Positions 38,314-48,007 of a stretch of DNA of 64,000 bases are shown here, piece by piece. The stretch's first letter is position 1. The number at the start of each line of letters is the position of its first letter. The notes beneath the pieces were generated by a model, which saw nothing but the letters and a program-made list of their open reading frames with translations, searched no databases and had not been told where the DNA came from. This DNA comes from an uncultured Gammaproteobacteria bacterium. Lineage in GTDB: Bacteria > Patescibacteriota > Microgenomatia > Levybacterales > UBA12049. The stretch spans positions 91,575 to 155,574 of the forward strand of contig CAZCYO010000003.1 of assembly GCA_964503265.1 (NCBI GenBank). The letters run 5' to 3'. Made by a program: the position numbers and the translations under genes.

Positions 38314-39600
38314 TTACACATGTGATTTGTTAACGATCTCTGCAACATCTTTGCCTAGCTTAACGGCATAATTTGTCCCTCTATCCCAAGGATAAACTTG
38401 TTCAATATTTGCAAGAAAAACATGTGATAGCGGGGTTTTCATAGGTGGAATCATCTCAGAATAGTTTGTTGGAACAATTGGTTGTGCGAATGGTGCCTTA
38501 AACACTTCAAAATCGATAAGTGATTTTCTATAGTCAGGGTTTATTCGACGAAGGAGTGGGTCATAGAGTGATAACAACTTCTTTTTATCCCATGTTAATT
38601 TATCATCTGTTTTAATGTAATTTCCTATATAAACGATATGTTCATTATCATAGTGTTTTTTATTCATAAAATTGGTATGTTCGATAATCGCCATAATTGG
38701 AGTATCTTTTTCACATATACTCAACCAATAGGTGTTATTTGGAAAGAATGATTTTTTTAATCGTAAAACCAGATTTGTTGCACTTATTCCTTTGAGTTTA
38801 ACAAGTCGCTTCGTATAGTCTTCAGGAAGTTGGGGAGTTATTTTAAGGAAAAAATATGAGGGAAGTGTCACAATTGCAGCATCAAACATTGATTTCAATT
38901 GTTTTCCTGCAGCGTTTTTATAAGATAATGTCACATACCGTTCTTGGGTTAGAGAAAGTATTTCTGAATTAAATATTATTTTCCCGTCTTTTTTTTCGAT
39001 TTCTTGTGCGAGACGATTTGCAAAATGCAAGAAACCACCTTCTGGATATGCAACAGTTGGAGTTCTTTTTGTAATTCGTGTCCAAAACCAGACAAGTGAT
39101 ATCTCTTTAGCATACGGTCCCATTTTATTTACGAGCTGAGGCCACCACAATGTTTCCCAAGCTCTTTTCCCCATCAGCTTAGGTAATATATCGATTGCTT
39201 TTACTTTTTCAAGAGGTTGCCAAAATGGGTTAAATCGGAGAAACCCGAGAGTTACACCCATGCGGATTCTATCGATAATTGGAAGTTTTTTAAATAAAAG
39301 TACAGCTTTAGGCGAATCAAGTTGGTAAAATGTATTGTCTACAAATACTGATGTATTAATTCGTCTTGTTAAGACATTATGATTAATTTCTTTAGCAAGA
39401 CCAAGGATATCATCATCATTAGTGAACCAATGATGATAATGATGTTCAAGTGTCCAATCCCAGTTTTTTTCTTGATATCCTAGAGCTAGCCCACCAGGTT
39501 TTGATTCTTTTTCAAAGATTGTTACATCATGACCCTTTTTTTGTAATGCGATTGCTGCTGAAAGGCCTGTAAAGCCTGCACCGATAATTGCTACTTTCAT
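38314..39600 (-). CDS. FAD-dependent oxidoreductase (amine-oxidase/protoporphyrinogen-oxidase/phytoene-desaturase-like fold)
   Basis: [39 protein letters not shown] (dinucleotide-binding Rossmann with GxGxxG...E...GG). The C-terminal [26 protein letters not shown] is typical of this family. Confidence 0.6.
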   Translation of the reverse strand: MKVAIIGAGFTGLSAAIALQKKGHDVTIFEKESKPGGLALGYQEKNWDWTLEHHYHHWFTNDDDILGLAKEINHNVLTRRINTSVFVDNTFYQLDSPKAVLLFKKLPIIDRIRMGVTLGFLRFNPFWQPLEKVKAIDILPKLMGKRAWETLWWPQLVNKMGPYAKEISLVWFWTRITKRTPTVAYPEGGFLHFANRLAQEIEKKDGKIIFNSEILSLTQERYVTLSYKNAAGKQLKSMFDAAIVTLPSYFFLKITPQLPEDYTKRLVKLKGISATNLVLRLKKSFFPNNTYWLSICEKDTPIMAIIEHTNFMNKKHYDNEHIVYIGNYIKTDDKLTWDKKKLLSLYDPLLRRINPDYRKSLIDFEVFKAPFAQPIVPTNYSEMIPPMKTPLSHVFLANIEQVYPWDRGTNYAVKLGKDVAEIVNKSHV

Positions 39601-41030
39601 ATGCTTTTTTGCGTTAGAGCAAATAATATCATACCTACTCCAACAAGTACTACACCAAATATAGTTAAAGCTATACCAGATGAGCTGCCTGTAGCTGGAA
39701 GCGGTGTAACTGCACGAATAATTGTGGGAGTAGGCGTACTTGTTGGGACAAATATTGTTGGGGTTACCACGATAGTTGTTGGAATAAGTGTTGGTGTTGG
39801 AACAGTAGTTGTTACTATAGTAGGTGTTGCAGTCGGTATTTGAGTTGGAACACGAGTTGGAGTCGGTGAAGGTGTTGCTGTCGGTTTGGTAGGTGAAACT
39901 GATGGTTGTGTTGACTTGCTTCCTTCTGCATATACAACAAAAGATTGGGTAAGAGTTTTTATTAATCCTTTTGCGTCTTTTGTCACGATAGTAATTGTAT
40001 GGTTTCCAGGAGCAAGTGGTTGCTTTGGTCGATATTTCCAGTTTCCTTGAGAATCTGCTTTGATAGTATCTTTAATGACTGTTTCAGAATGAATTTCAAC
40101 TGATATAGATTGGTTGGCTACACCGGTTCCTGTAAAGGTGGGTTGTGTATCTGAAAACTCTTCTTCTTTTTTAGGAGATAAGATAGTAGGGGTACCAGCA
40201 CTAACTTCTTTTGTACTAAATGAAGGGAAATCAGATTTTTCACTTGCGGATGTCGATGCGACAGGTGCTATTGGTAGTGTTGGATTTAATGTGAAATCGT
40301 AGTCCTTAGAAAGCATAGCAGGAGGAACTGGGTTGGTTTGGTTTGCTAAAACAGAAATATGTGAAACTTCAGTCGAACTAAAAGCAAGAATTTTTAGAGT
40401 AGATGCTTCACTTAAAGGAATGTATGTAGAGAGATCAGAAGATCGTAGTGCATTTAATGGAATCACGTAGCTACCATCATCTTTTGTTATGGTTGAAAGC
40501 ACTTCGCTTCCCGTCGTAGTTACATATACTATTGAATCTTTTGCCGGATCTCCTGTACTTGTCAGAATAGTTCCAACTAATGGAAGCTGTGTGCTTGGAT
40601 TTTGTGTAAGTTTTTTTGATGTAGTCACAGTGTAGGGACTTGAATCCTTCAAATAGGTATTTACACCAGAAATTATAGAAAATACATAGTTTTGGTTTTC
40701 TGAAAGCCCAGTTACTGTAATGTAGTGAAGTGTATATGCTTGTGGAGTACCTGATTGTTTATCTCTATCATCAAGAGATACTTTTCCGAATTTTTGATCT
40801 GATCCATAGCTAATACTAGCATTTACTTTATCGGTTGTTTTGAATGAGACGGTAAAGCTACTTTCAGTAATGTTTGAGATTCTTACATCTTGTGGCGTAT
40901 TTCCTGGAGCAGCTCGGCTTGTGAATATAGTTTTAAATTGAAGTAAATAAGAAGTTAAGCCAACTCCTACAAGAAGCATCAATATGCCTAGTAAAGATGG
41001 TATTCGTTTATTCCAAATAGAGTTTCTCAT
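39597..41030 (-). CDS. LPXTG-type (LPATG) sortase-anchored surface protein with fibronectin-III/Ig-like domains and a PT-rich stalk
   Basis: Signal peptide, an fn3-like N-terminal domain and a 65-aa PT stalk. The C-terminal PLPATGSSS (nt 39683-39703, verified), a 24-aa hydrophobic segment and the TQKSI tail form a cell-wall sorting signal. Confidence 0.6.
   Translation of the reverse strand: MRNSIWNKRIPSLLGILMLLVGVGLTSYLLQFKTIFTSRAAPGNTPQDVRISNITESSFTVSFKTTDKVNASISYGSDQKFGKVSLDDRDKQSGTPQAYTLHYITVTGLSENQNYVFSIISGVNTYLKDSSPYTVTTSKKLTQNPSTQLPLVGTILTSTGDPAKDSIVYVTTTGSEVLSTITKDDGSYVIPLNALRSSDLSTYIPLSEASTLKILAFSSTEVSHISVLANQTNPVPPAMLSKDYDFTLNPTLPIAPVASTSASEKSDFPSFSTKEVSAGTPTILSPKKEEEFSDTQPTFTGTGVANQSISVEIHSETVIKDTIKADSQGNWKYRPKQPLAPGNHTITIVTKDAKGLIKTLTQSFVVYAEGSKSTQPSVSPTKPTATPSPTPTRVPTQIPTATPTIVTTTVPTPTLIPTTIVVTPTIFVPTSTPTPTIIRAVTPLPATGSSSGIALTIFGVVLVGVGMILFALTQKSI
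39719..39917. repeat. Pro/Thr-coding low-complexity repeat (LPATG protein stalk)
   Basis: Encodes [47 protein letters not shown].... Confidence 0.5.
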
Positions 41031-41353
41031 AATTCTAATACTGTCGTAGTTGTGGGACTAGTTATTGGTGTTATATTTTCTGTTGGAGTTGGACTAGGTA
41101 AAATAACTGGCGTTGGTGAAGTGCTTGCAGTCGCTGATGCATTTTTTATCGTGAATAATGGAGTAACTTGCGAACGCTCTTTAAGTTTTTCAAGTGTTTG
41201 CGTATCGAACGCAGGAGTAATGGGTTTTGACTGTAATATAACTGATGCACTTAATTTTGACGCGTTTTGAATATGCCATAAATTTGCCGCTATCCAGATA
41301 ACGATAACTATGAACGACGATACAACGATGATAAAAAGATCTTTTTGTTTCAT
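41027..41353 (-). CDS. small bitopic membrane protein with PT-rich C-terminus
   Basis: N-terminal TM (LFIIVVSSFIVIVIWIAANLW) and C-terminal ASTSPTPVILPSPTPTENITPITSPTTTT. It is translationally coupled to both neighbours. Confidence 0.4.
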   Translation of the reverse strand: MKQKDLFIIVVSSFIVIVIWIAANLWHIQNASKLSASVILQSKPITPAFDTQTLEKLKERSQVTPLFTIKNASATASTSPTPVILPSPTPTENITPITSPTTTTVLEL

Positions 41354-41991
41354 GGTATAAAGTAAGAACTAGCTTGAATGCTTACTGTTGGATTAGCGCT
41401 TTGTTTTATATCGGTAACAAATGATAGTGATTGAATAGTTACAATCCGATCAAAGGAAATGAAAGAAGAGATAAACGATAAAAGATTATCTTGGGATCCC
41501 TGAACTCGAACAAGAAATGAGAATGTTGGAGCTTGGATTGTTTTACCTTTTTTTATGAGACCATGTTTCGGTGAATAAAGTGAAACATCACTCACTTGCA
41601 ATGCTAGTAGCGATACATTTGTTTTTTTACTTATCCCTTGAATTTTTCCGATAAGGTCAGTGACATTTGGATTACTAGGAATAGCTGTTTCAACGTAGAT
41701 TATGTCTGGCTGAATTGTTGTGTATACTTGTTGAAGTGTTGATAAGTTTTTAATTTTTGTTTTTAACGCACTATCTGCTGCTTGGTTATCAGAAAGTTGC
41801 TTTGTCAGATCAGTAATGGTGCTGAGTGTAGGACTTATAGCAAAAATACTAAAAAAAGAAAGTGCAAAAAACGTTAAAATCAGCGTCCCATATTCTTTAA
41901 CTCTCTCTCTCTGAAGTGTCGGCAGATCACGTAATACTTCAAGATATCGTTTTCGAGATAATCCAGATAAGAAACTTTGCTTTGTGTCCAT
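41350..41991 (-). CDS. PilO-like bitopic membrane protein (type IV pilus alignment subcomplex-like)
   Basis: Short cytoplasmic N-terminus, a TM (LILTFFALSFFSIFAI), a coiled coil and a periplasmic domain. Start taken at MDTKQSF, and the ORF-track start is 42111. The assignment rests on architecture only. Confidence 0.35.
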   Translation of the reverse strand: MDTKQSFLSGLSRKRYLEVLRDLPTLQRERVKEYGTLILTFFALSFFSIFAISPTLSTITDLTKQLSDNQAADSALKTKIKNLSTLQQVYTTIQPDIIYVETAIPSNPNVTDLIGKIQGISKKTNVSLLALQVSDVSLYSPKHGLIKKGKTIQAPTFSFLVRVQGSQDNLLSFISSFISFDRIVTIQSLSFVTDIKQSANPTVSIQASSYFIP

Positions 41992-41992
41992 A

Positions 41993-42538
41993 TTATTTTT
42001 TAATTTCTTTAGTAACTGCTGTAATAGTAACGTTAATAATTGCTGTTGAGGTTTTATTTTCAATTTTATCGACACTGACACTCGCGACTTTTTTATAGCT
42101 TTTGACAGCATTGATAATTGATGTGACAGCGAGAATTGATTTTACGTCACAGTCAATCCGAAAAGATGTATCATTTATCGTGAGAATATTTATGGTTGGA
42201 ACATCTTTGAGTATGCCCAATAAATCTTTTGCGATCTCATATTTTTCATTTGATGAACCATCAAGCATTTTTATGGCTGATAGTTTATCTTGAAGATTTC
42301 GGAATTCAACTTCTGATGAGGAGAATGCTTGAATGTACTGTTGGTCTCTTTTAATTTCATCATGAAGATTTACAAGTTGTCGATCGAGTGAGAAACGTGA
42401 GATGAATGTAATAAGTGCAATAGTCTCAGTTAAAATAACAAGAAAACGACCAATTGTGAGTGCCCATTCTATAAAACTATCAAAGGAACTTTTATTGCCT
42501 GAAGACACAAGATTTATCGAGTGAGCAGAATTTGACAT
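41993..42538 (-). CDS. PilN-like bitopic membrane protein
   Basis: N-terminal SINLVSS resembles the PilM-binding INLLP motif of PilN. It is followed by a TM (FLVILTETIALITFI), a coiled coil and an alpha/beta periplasmic domain. Confidence 0.45.
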   Translation of the reverse strand: MSNSAHSINLVSSGNKSSFDSFIEWALTIGRFLVILTETIALITFISRFSLDRQLVNLHDEIKRDQQYIQAFSSSEVEFRNLQDKLSAIKMLDGSSNEKYEIAKDLLGILKDVPTINILTINDTSFRIDCDVKSILAVTSIINAVKSYKKVASVSVDKIENKTSTAIINVTITAVTKEIKK

Positions 42539-42547
42539 ATACTATCT

Positions 42548-42576
42548 AGTCTAGGTATATTTGAGGCTTTTGTCAA
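42548..42576 (-). promoter_or_regulatory. candidate promoter of the pilN-led operon (TTGACA-N17-TAGACT on the minus strand)
   Basis: Reverse-complement -35 TTGACA at 42571-42576 and -10 TAGACT at 42548-42553. The transcript would start ~5 nt before the ATG (near-leaderless). Confidence 0.3.
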
Positions 42577-42601
42577 AGTTGGCGAGCCTTCTTTTTATCC
42601 C

Positions 42602-42631
42602 TTGTCGTGAGCAAAAAAAATATGCTATACT
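42602..42631 (+). promoter_or_regulatory. candidate fusA promoter (TTGTCG-N18-TATACT)
   Basis: -35 at 42602-42607 and -10 at 42626-42631, in the divergent intergenic region. Confidence 0.35.
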
Positions 42632-42722
42632 CTCTACTAGTTAAAAGTTCAAAGTTAAAAATAAAGTTTAATTCTGAAATAAGAATATTTGACTTTTTAT
42701 TTTGAATTTTTAACTATTTTTT

Positions 42723-44825
42723 ATGGCTGACAATAGACAATATCCACAAGATAAAATTAGAAACATTGGTATTATTGCCCACATTGATGCGGGAAAAACT
42801 ACTACGACTGAACGTATTCTTTACTACACAGGAAAATCCTACAAAATTGGGGATATTGATGAAGGAAACACACAAATGGACTGGATGGAGCAGGAAAAAG
42901 AAAGAGGTATTACTATCGTTTCTGCTGCTACAACCACATTTTGGAAAGAAAACCGTATTAATATTATCGACACTCCAGGTCACGTAGATTTTACTGCAGA
43001 AGTAGAGCGTTCACTTCGTGTGCTTGATGGGGGTATCACTGTTCTTGATGCAGAAGAAGGTGTACAGTCTCAATCTGAAACTGTATGGCGCCAAGCAGAT
43101 AAATATAACGTTCCACGTATTTGTTTTGTAAACAAAATGGATAAATTAGGAGCTGACTTTCTTGCAACAGTACAATCTATTGAAGATAGACTTGGTGCAA
43201 ATCCAGCGATTATGGTATTACCTATTGGAAGTGAAAGTACATACATAGGAAATATTGATCTTCTTTCTATGAAAGCTTTTATTTGGCACTCAGAAGATTT
43301 AGGAGCTAAATATGATATTAGTGATGAAGTTCCTGAAGAGATGAAGGATCAGGTTGCGCTATATCGAAATAAATTAGTTGAAAAAATTGCTGAAACAGAT
43401 GATACGCTTCTTGAAAAATATTTAGGTGGAGAAGATATTTCAGTTGAAGAGCTTAAAAAAGCGCTTCGCGCTGCAGTTATTGCATATAAGCTCGTTCCAA
43501 TTTATGCAGGCACATCTCTGAGGAACAAAGGCGTACAACCACTTCTTGATGCTGTTATTGACTATCTACCATCACCTGCAGATTTGAAAGAAGTTAAAGG
43601 AATTAATCCAAAAACAGATGCTGAGGAAATTCGACAGCTTGTTGAAGATGAAGCATTGGCAGGTCTCTCATTTAAAATTCAAAATGATCCACACGTAGGA
43701 AAACTCACCTATTTCCGTGTGTATTCAGGCAAATTGTCAGCAGGTTCTTATATTTATAATAGTTCAAAAAATGTTAAAGAGCGTGTGGGACGACTTCTTC
43801 TTATGCATGCAAATCAACGAGAAGAAATTAAAGAAGCTTTTGCAGGAGAGATTGTCGCGATCGTTGGACTTAAGGACACTGGTACTGGAGATACTCTTTG
43901 TGATGAAGCAAAACCAATCGTTCTTGAAAAAATTACATTCCCAGAACCTGTTATTTCTCTTGCAATTGAGCCACAGACAAAATCTGATCAAGAAAGACTT
44001 GGTCTTGCTTTAAATCGTTTAACAGAAGAAGATCCTACTTTTACTGTTAAAACAAATCACGAAACTAATCAAACAATCATTGCTGGAATTGGAGAATTAC
44101 AGCTTGAAGTTATGGTAGATCGCATGAAACGAGAATTTAACGTACTAGCAAATGTCGGAGCACCACAAGTCGCCTACAAAGAATCTTTTGAAGGTCCAGC
44201 TGAAGGAGAAGGGAAATATATTCGCCAATCAGGGGGAAGAGGTCAATATGGTCACTGTCTGCTTAAAATTGAACCAAAAGGTCGAGGCGAAGGAAATGAA
44301 TTCGTCGATGCCATTAAAGGTGGAGCGATTCCAGCTGAATTTATTCGTGCAGTAGAAAAAGGTGTTAAAGAAACTCTTGATAACGGAGTTCTCCTTGGGT
44401 ATCCGGTCGTTGATGTAAAAGTAACTCTTTATGACGGTTCATATCATGATGTAGATTCTTCTGAAGTAGCATTTAAAATAGCAGCGTCTCAAGCGCTTCA
44501 AGCAGCTTCAAAGAAATCTGGTATGAGTCTACTTGAACCTATGATGAAAGTAGAAGTTACTACACCAGGAGAATACATGGGTGATATTATCGGAGATCTT
44601 TCAAGTAAACGAGCTCAAATTTTAGGAACAGAAGAGCGTGCTCGTGCAACTATTATTAAAGCGATTGTCCCACTTTCTGAAATGTCAGGATACGTAACAC
44701 AAGTGCGTAGTATGTCTAAGGGGCGCGCTACTCCATATATGGAACCATCTCATTATGATATCGTTCCAAAAAACATTGTCGATCAAATGCTTGCTAAATC
44801 TACATTTACGGGAAGAGTTGAATAG
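42723..44825 (+). CDS. fusA: translation elongation factor G
   Basis: [20 protein letters not shown] and NKMD G-domain motifs. 700 aa, full length. Confidence 0.95.
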   Translation: MADNRQYPQDKIRNIGIIAHIDAGKTTTTERILYYTGKSYKIGDIDEGNTQMDWMEQEKERGITIVSAATTTFWKENRINIIDTPGHVDFTAEVERSLRVLDGGITVLDAEEGVQSQSETVWRQADKYNVPRICFVNKMDKLGADFLATVQSIEDRLGANPAIMVLPIGSESTYIGNIDLLSMKAFIWHSEDLGAKYDISDEVPEEMKDQVALYRNKLVEKIAETDDTLLEKYLGGEDISVEELKKALRAAVIAYKLVPIYAGTSLRNKGVQPLLDAVIDYLPSPADLKEVKGINPKTDAEEIRQLVEDEALAGLSFKIQNDPHVGKLTYFRVYSGKLSAGSYIYNSSKNVKERVGRLLLMHANQREEIKEAFAGEIVAIVGLKDTGTGDTLCDEAKPIVLEKITFPEPVISLAIEPQTKSDQERLGLALNRLTEEDPTFTVKTNHETNQTIIAGIGELQLEVMVDRMKREFNVLANVGAPQVAYKESFEGPAEGEGKYIRQSGGRGQYGHCLLKIEPKGRGEGNEFVDAIKGGAIPAEFIRAVEKGVKETLDNGVLLGYPVVDVKVTLYDGSYHDVDSSEVAFKIAASQALQAASKKSGMSLLEPMMKVEVTTPGEYMGDIIGDLSSKRAQILGTEERARATIIKAIVPLSEMSGYVTQVRSMSKGRATPYMEPSHYDIVPKNIVDQMLAKSTFTGRVE

Positions 44826-44875
44826 TTATTCCCCGCCTCGTATTACTTCTTTAACCGATCAAGTATAATAGATGT

Positions 44876-45982
44876 GTGAGAAGAATTATCCTTATTGTCA
44901 GTATCGTCGTTTTTGTCGGTTTTATTTTTATATTATTAAATACAATTCGACAGAAAGTTCGCAACGATATAAATACGCCTCTAGATGTGAGTCAGGAGAT
45001 TGGTCCGACTGTTTATCCAACTGTTGATGTAAAGAAAAATCCAAACGAAAAAAAATCACTTTTTATTCCTTACTGGACAATTAACTCAACTAGGATTGCT
45101 CCTGAAGATTATGATACTGCAATTTATTTTGGTGTTACAACAAACGAAACTGAAGTAAATAAGTCAGATGTCGGTTATATAAATCTTTCGACTTTTCTAA
45201 AGAATACATCAACCTGGCAAAAACATCTTTTAACATTACGAATGTTGGACAGTAAAATTAACTTCGCTATTTTAGAAGATGAAAAAAAACAAAAATCGGT
45301 AATTACAGACTTTATTTCGATTGCTAGAGAAAATAATTTTGATGGAGTTGTATTAGATCTTGAAATATCTGCTCTTCCTTTTGATTCGCTTATCTCACAA
45401 ATAAATAGTTTTACAAAAAAGATGTCCTCAGCATCCCATGATGCAAATCTATCATTTACAATGATGATATATGGAGATGCGTTGTACAGAGTTCGGCCAT
45501 TTGATATTAAAACGCTTTCTTCTTATTCTGACCAGCTTTATATCATGGCATATGATTTTTCAAAGGCTAAAGGAAATCCTGGACCAAATTTCCCCCTTAG
45601 TGGTAAAGATACATATGGGTATGATTACGCAACCTTGATTAAAAATTTTTTACAAGGAAGTTCTCCTAAAAAACTAACGGTAGTATTTGGTATGTATGGA
45701 TATGATTGGACTGTCGATGATAATAATGTATCGATTACTTCTATTGCCGAGCCATTAAGTATGAATAAAATAGAACAAAAGATTATATCGAAGTGCGCAT
45801 ATACATCCTGTACATGGGAAAGAGATCCTGATGCCGGAGAAATAAAAGCAGAGTATAAAGATAGCAATAACATAAAACATATTGTATGGTTTGAAGATAC
45901 AGAATCTGTTAGTCGTAAAATGGATTTTCTTAAAAAACACGGAATAACTTCCTTCAGTTTCTGGGCATATTCGTATTTTTAA
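44876..45982 (+). CDS. membrane-anchored glycoside hydrolase family 18 (chitinase-like) domain protein
   Basis: N-terminal TM, FDGVVLDLE (DxxDxDxE-like with the catalytic Glu retained), LYIMAYDF (MxYD) and C-terminal ITSFSFWAYSY. Confidence 0.6.
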   Translation: MRRIILIVSIVVFVGFIFILLNTIRQKVRNDINTPLDVSQEIGPTVYPTVDVKKNPNEKKSLFIPYWTINSTRIAPEDYDTAIYFGVTTNETEVNKSDVGYINLSTFLKNTSTWQKHLLTLRMLDSKINFAILEDEKKQKSVITDFISIARENNFDGVVLDLEISALPFDSLISQINSFTKKMSSASHDANLSFTMMIYGDALYRVRPFDIKTLSSYSDQLYIMAYDFSKAKGNPGPNFPLSGKDTYGYDYATLIKNFLQGSSPKKLTVVFGMYGYDWTVDDNNVSITSIAEPLSMNKIEQKIISKCAYTSCTWERDPDAGEIKAEYKDSNNIKHIVWFEDTESVSRKMDFLKKHGITSFSFWAYSYF

Positions 45983-46283
45983 ATTTATAGATAAGCAATT
46001 TATGATTTTATCTGCTACATTGCTATTATTCTCATAATGGAGCGTTTTGTTATCAATCATCGGTAGTAATATAACGAAGATGTGAAGAAGTTATTTTTAA
46101 AGATTATTTGGTATGTAACAGGAAGGTGTTTGTTGTGTGGTGGCGAGATATGGTTATTTAATTGGAAGAAAGGAAGATGTTTACAGTGTTCTCATATCAG
46201 CTAATTTATATTTGATAATGACTGATGAGTTATTTAGCTTCAATTTTCTTTCAATATTATATAAATTACCCCTAAAAAGGGTA

Positions 46284-46312
46284 TTGACGGTTAATATAAA
46301 ATGTAGTATGAT
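46284..46312 (+). promoter_or_regulatory. candidate tuf promoter (TTGACG-N17-TATGAT)
   Basis: -35 at 46284-46289 and -10 at 46307-46312. Confidence 0.4.
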
Positions 46313-46319
46313 TACTCTT

Positions 46320-46348
46320 GTCTCAGAAATAACTGAGACATATTTTTT
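46320..46348 (+). other. hairpin plus U-run in the tuf 5' leader (terminator/attenuator-like)
   Basis: Perfect 7-bp stem gtctcag/ctgagac with loop aaataa, followed by ATATTTTTT. It lies 8 nt before the tuf ATG. Confidence 0.35.
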
Positions 46349-46356
46349 AAAACACT

Positions 46357-47535
46357 ATGGCAACATATACACGAACTAAACCACACGTCAACATCGGCAC
46401 CATTGGTCACGTCGATCATGGTAAGACTACGACAACCGCAGCTATTACTACCGTTCTTGCAAAAAAAGGAATGGCAACAGCTCGAAAATACGAAGATATC
46501 GATAACGCTCCAGAAGAACGCGCACGAGGCGTCACAATTAACATTTCACATCAAGAATACGAAACAGCAAAACGTCACTATGCTCACATTGACGCTCCAG
46601 GACACGCAGATTATATCAAAAACATGATTACTGGTGCAGCTCAAATGGATGGTGCTATCTTAGTAGTATCAGCTCCAGATGGACCAATGCCACAAACTCG
46701 AGAACATATTCTTCTTGCATATCAAGTTGGAGTACCTGCAATCGTTGTGTATCTTAACAAATGTGATATGGTTCAAGACGAAGAGCTTCTTGATCTCGTT
46801 GAAATGGAAGTTCGTGAGCTTTTGACAAAATATAAATATCCAGGAGACGACGTTCCAATTATTCGCGGTTCATCTCTAAAAGCTCTTGAAGGAGACGCAG
46901 CGTATGAACAGAAAATCCTTGATCTTATGCAAGCTGTTGATGATTATATTCCTGATCCAGTTCGTGCACTTGATAAGCCATTCTTAATGCCAGTTGAAGA
47001 TGTATTCTCAATTAAAGGGCGAGGAACAGTAGTAACTGGAAGAATTGAGCGTGGAATAGTTAAAGTAAATGAGACAGTTGAAATCGTTGGAATGACAGCG
47101 ACAAAAACAACAGTTGTTACTGGAGTCGAAATGTTTAAAAAACAATTAGATGAAGGACAAGCAGGGGATAACGTTGGTCTTTTACTTCGAGGTGTTGAAA
47201 AAGATGATGTTGAAAGAGGACAAGTAATAGTTAAACCTGGAAGTATTACTCCTCATACTGAATTCGAGGCAGAAGTATATATTTTGACAAAAGAAGAAGG
47301 CGGCCGTCATACACCATTCTTTAGTGGATATCGACCACAATTCTATATCCGAACAACTGACGTAACTGGTAATGCTACCCTTCCAACTGGAGTTGAAATG
47401 GTGATGCCAGGAGATAGTATTAAAATGAATGTTGTATTGATCGTCCCTGTTGCTCTTGAAGAAGGTGTTCGATTTGCTATCCGCGAAGGTGGACGCACAG
47501 TCGGAGCTGGAGTTATTACAAAAGTAACAAAATAA
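46357..47535 (+). CDS. tuf: translation elongation factor Tu
   Basis: [17 protein letters not shown] and NKCD. 392 aa. Confidence 0.95.
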   Translation: MATYTRTKPHVNIGTIGHVDHGKTTTTAAITTVLAKKGMATARKYEDIDNAPEERARGVTINISHQEYETAKRHYAHIDAPGHADYIKNMITGAAQMDGAILVVSAPDGPMPQTREHILLAYQVGVPAIVVYLNKCDMVQDEELLDLVEMEVRELLTKYKYPGDDVPIIRGSSLKALEGDAAYEQKILDLMQAVDDYIPDPVRALDKPFLMPVEDVFSIKGRGTVVTGRIERGIVKVNETVEIVGMTATKTTVVTGVEMFKKQLDEGQAGDNVGLLLRGVEKDDVERGQVIVKPGSITPHTEFEAEVYILTKEEGGRHTPFFSGYRPQFYIRTTDVTGNATLPTGVEMVMPGDSIKMNVVLIVPVALEEGVRFAIREGGRTVGAGVITKVTK

Positions 47536-47555
47536 TATAGATCTTTAACAGTCTG

Positions 47556-47870
47556 TTGGCTATGGCAAAAGGAAGAATTAGAGTTAGACTCAAAAGTTAT
47601 GACTCACGCGTCATTGATGCGTGTTGTCAACAAATTTTAGATACGGCGATTAGAACCGGAGCTAAAATTGTGGGTCCAGTTCCTCTCCCAACAGATCGCA
47701 CAGTGTATGCAGTAAACAAATCACCATTTGTTGACAAGAATGCTCGAGATCATTTCGAAATTCGTATTCACAAGCGACTTATTGACATAGTTTCACCGAC
47801 AGACAAAACAATTGATAGCCTAACTCATTTAGAGCTACCAGCTGGAGTAGACATAGAAATTAAGATGTAA
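47556..47870 (+). CDS. rpsJ: 30S ribosomal protein S10
   Basis: RIRVRLKSYD....PVPLPT is characteristic of uS10. Confidence 0.9.
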   Translation: MAMAKGRIRVRLKSYDSRVIDACCQQILDTAIRTGAKIVGPVPLPTDRTVYAVNKSPFVDKNARDHFEIRIHKRLIDIVSPTDKTIDSLTHLELPAGVDIEIKM

Positions 47871-48007
47871 AGTAATTTACATCAAATCATTAAGAAATGC
47901 CCAAATTACATTCAAGATTAATTACAATATAAATCTTAAGCCTAATTGAGGCGCAACTTTTCGAAAGGTAGCTCATAGAGGCTATCTTTTTTTTTGAGGA
48001 AAATAAT

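Noticed and set aside
46137-46379. 80-aa ORF overlapping the tuf promoter and start
   Set aside because: It overlaps the tuf start codon in another frame, runs through the predicted promoter and hairpin, and has no recognisable motif.
47871-48007. Possible attenuator between rpsJ and rplC (imperfect stem tagctc/gaggcta followed by T10)
   Set aside because: The stem is only 6 bp with a bulge, so it is too weak to call. The T-run may simply reflect AT-rich spacer composition.
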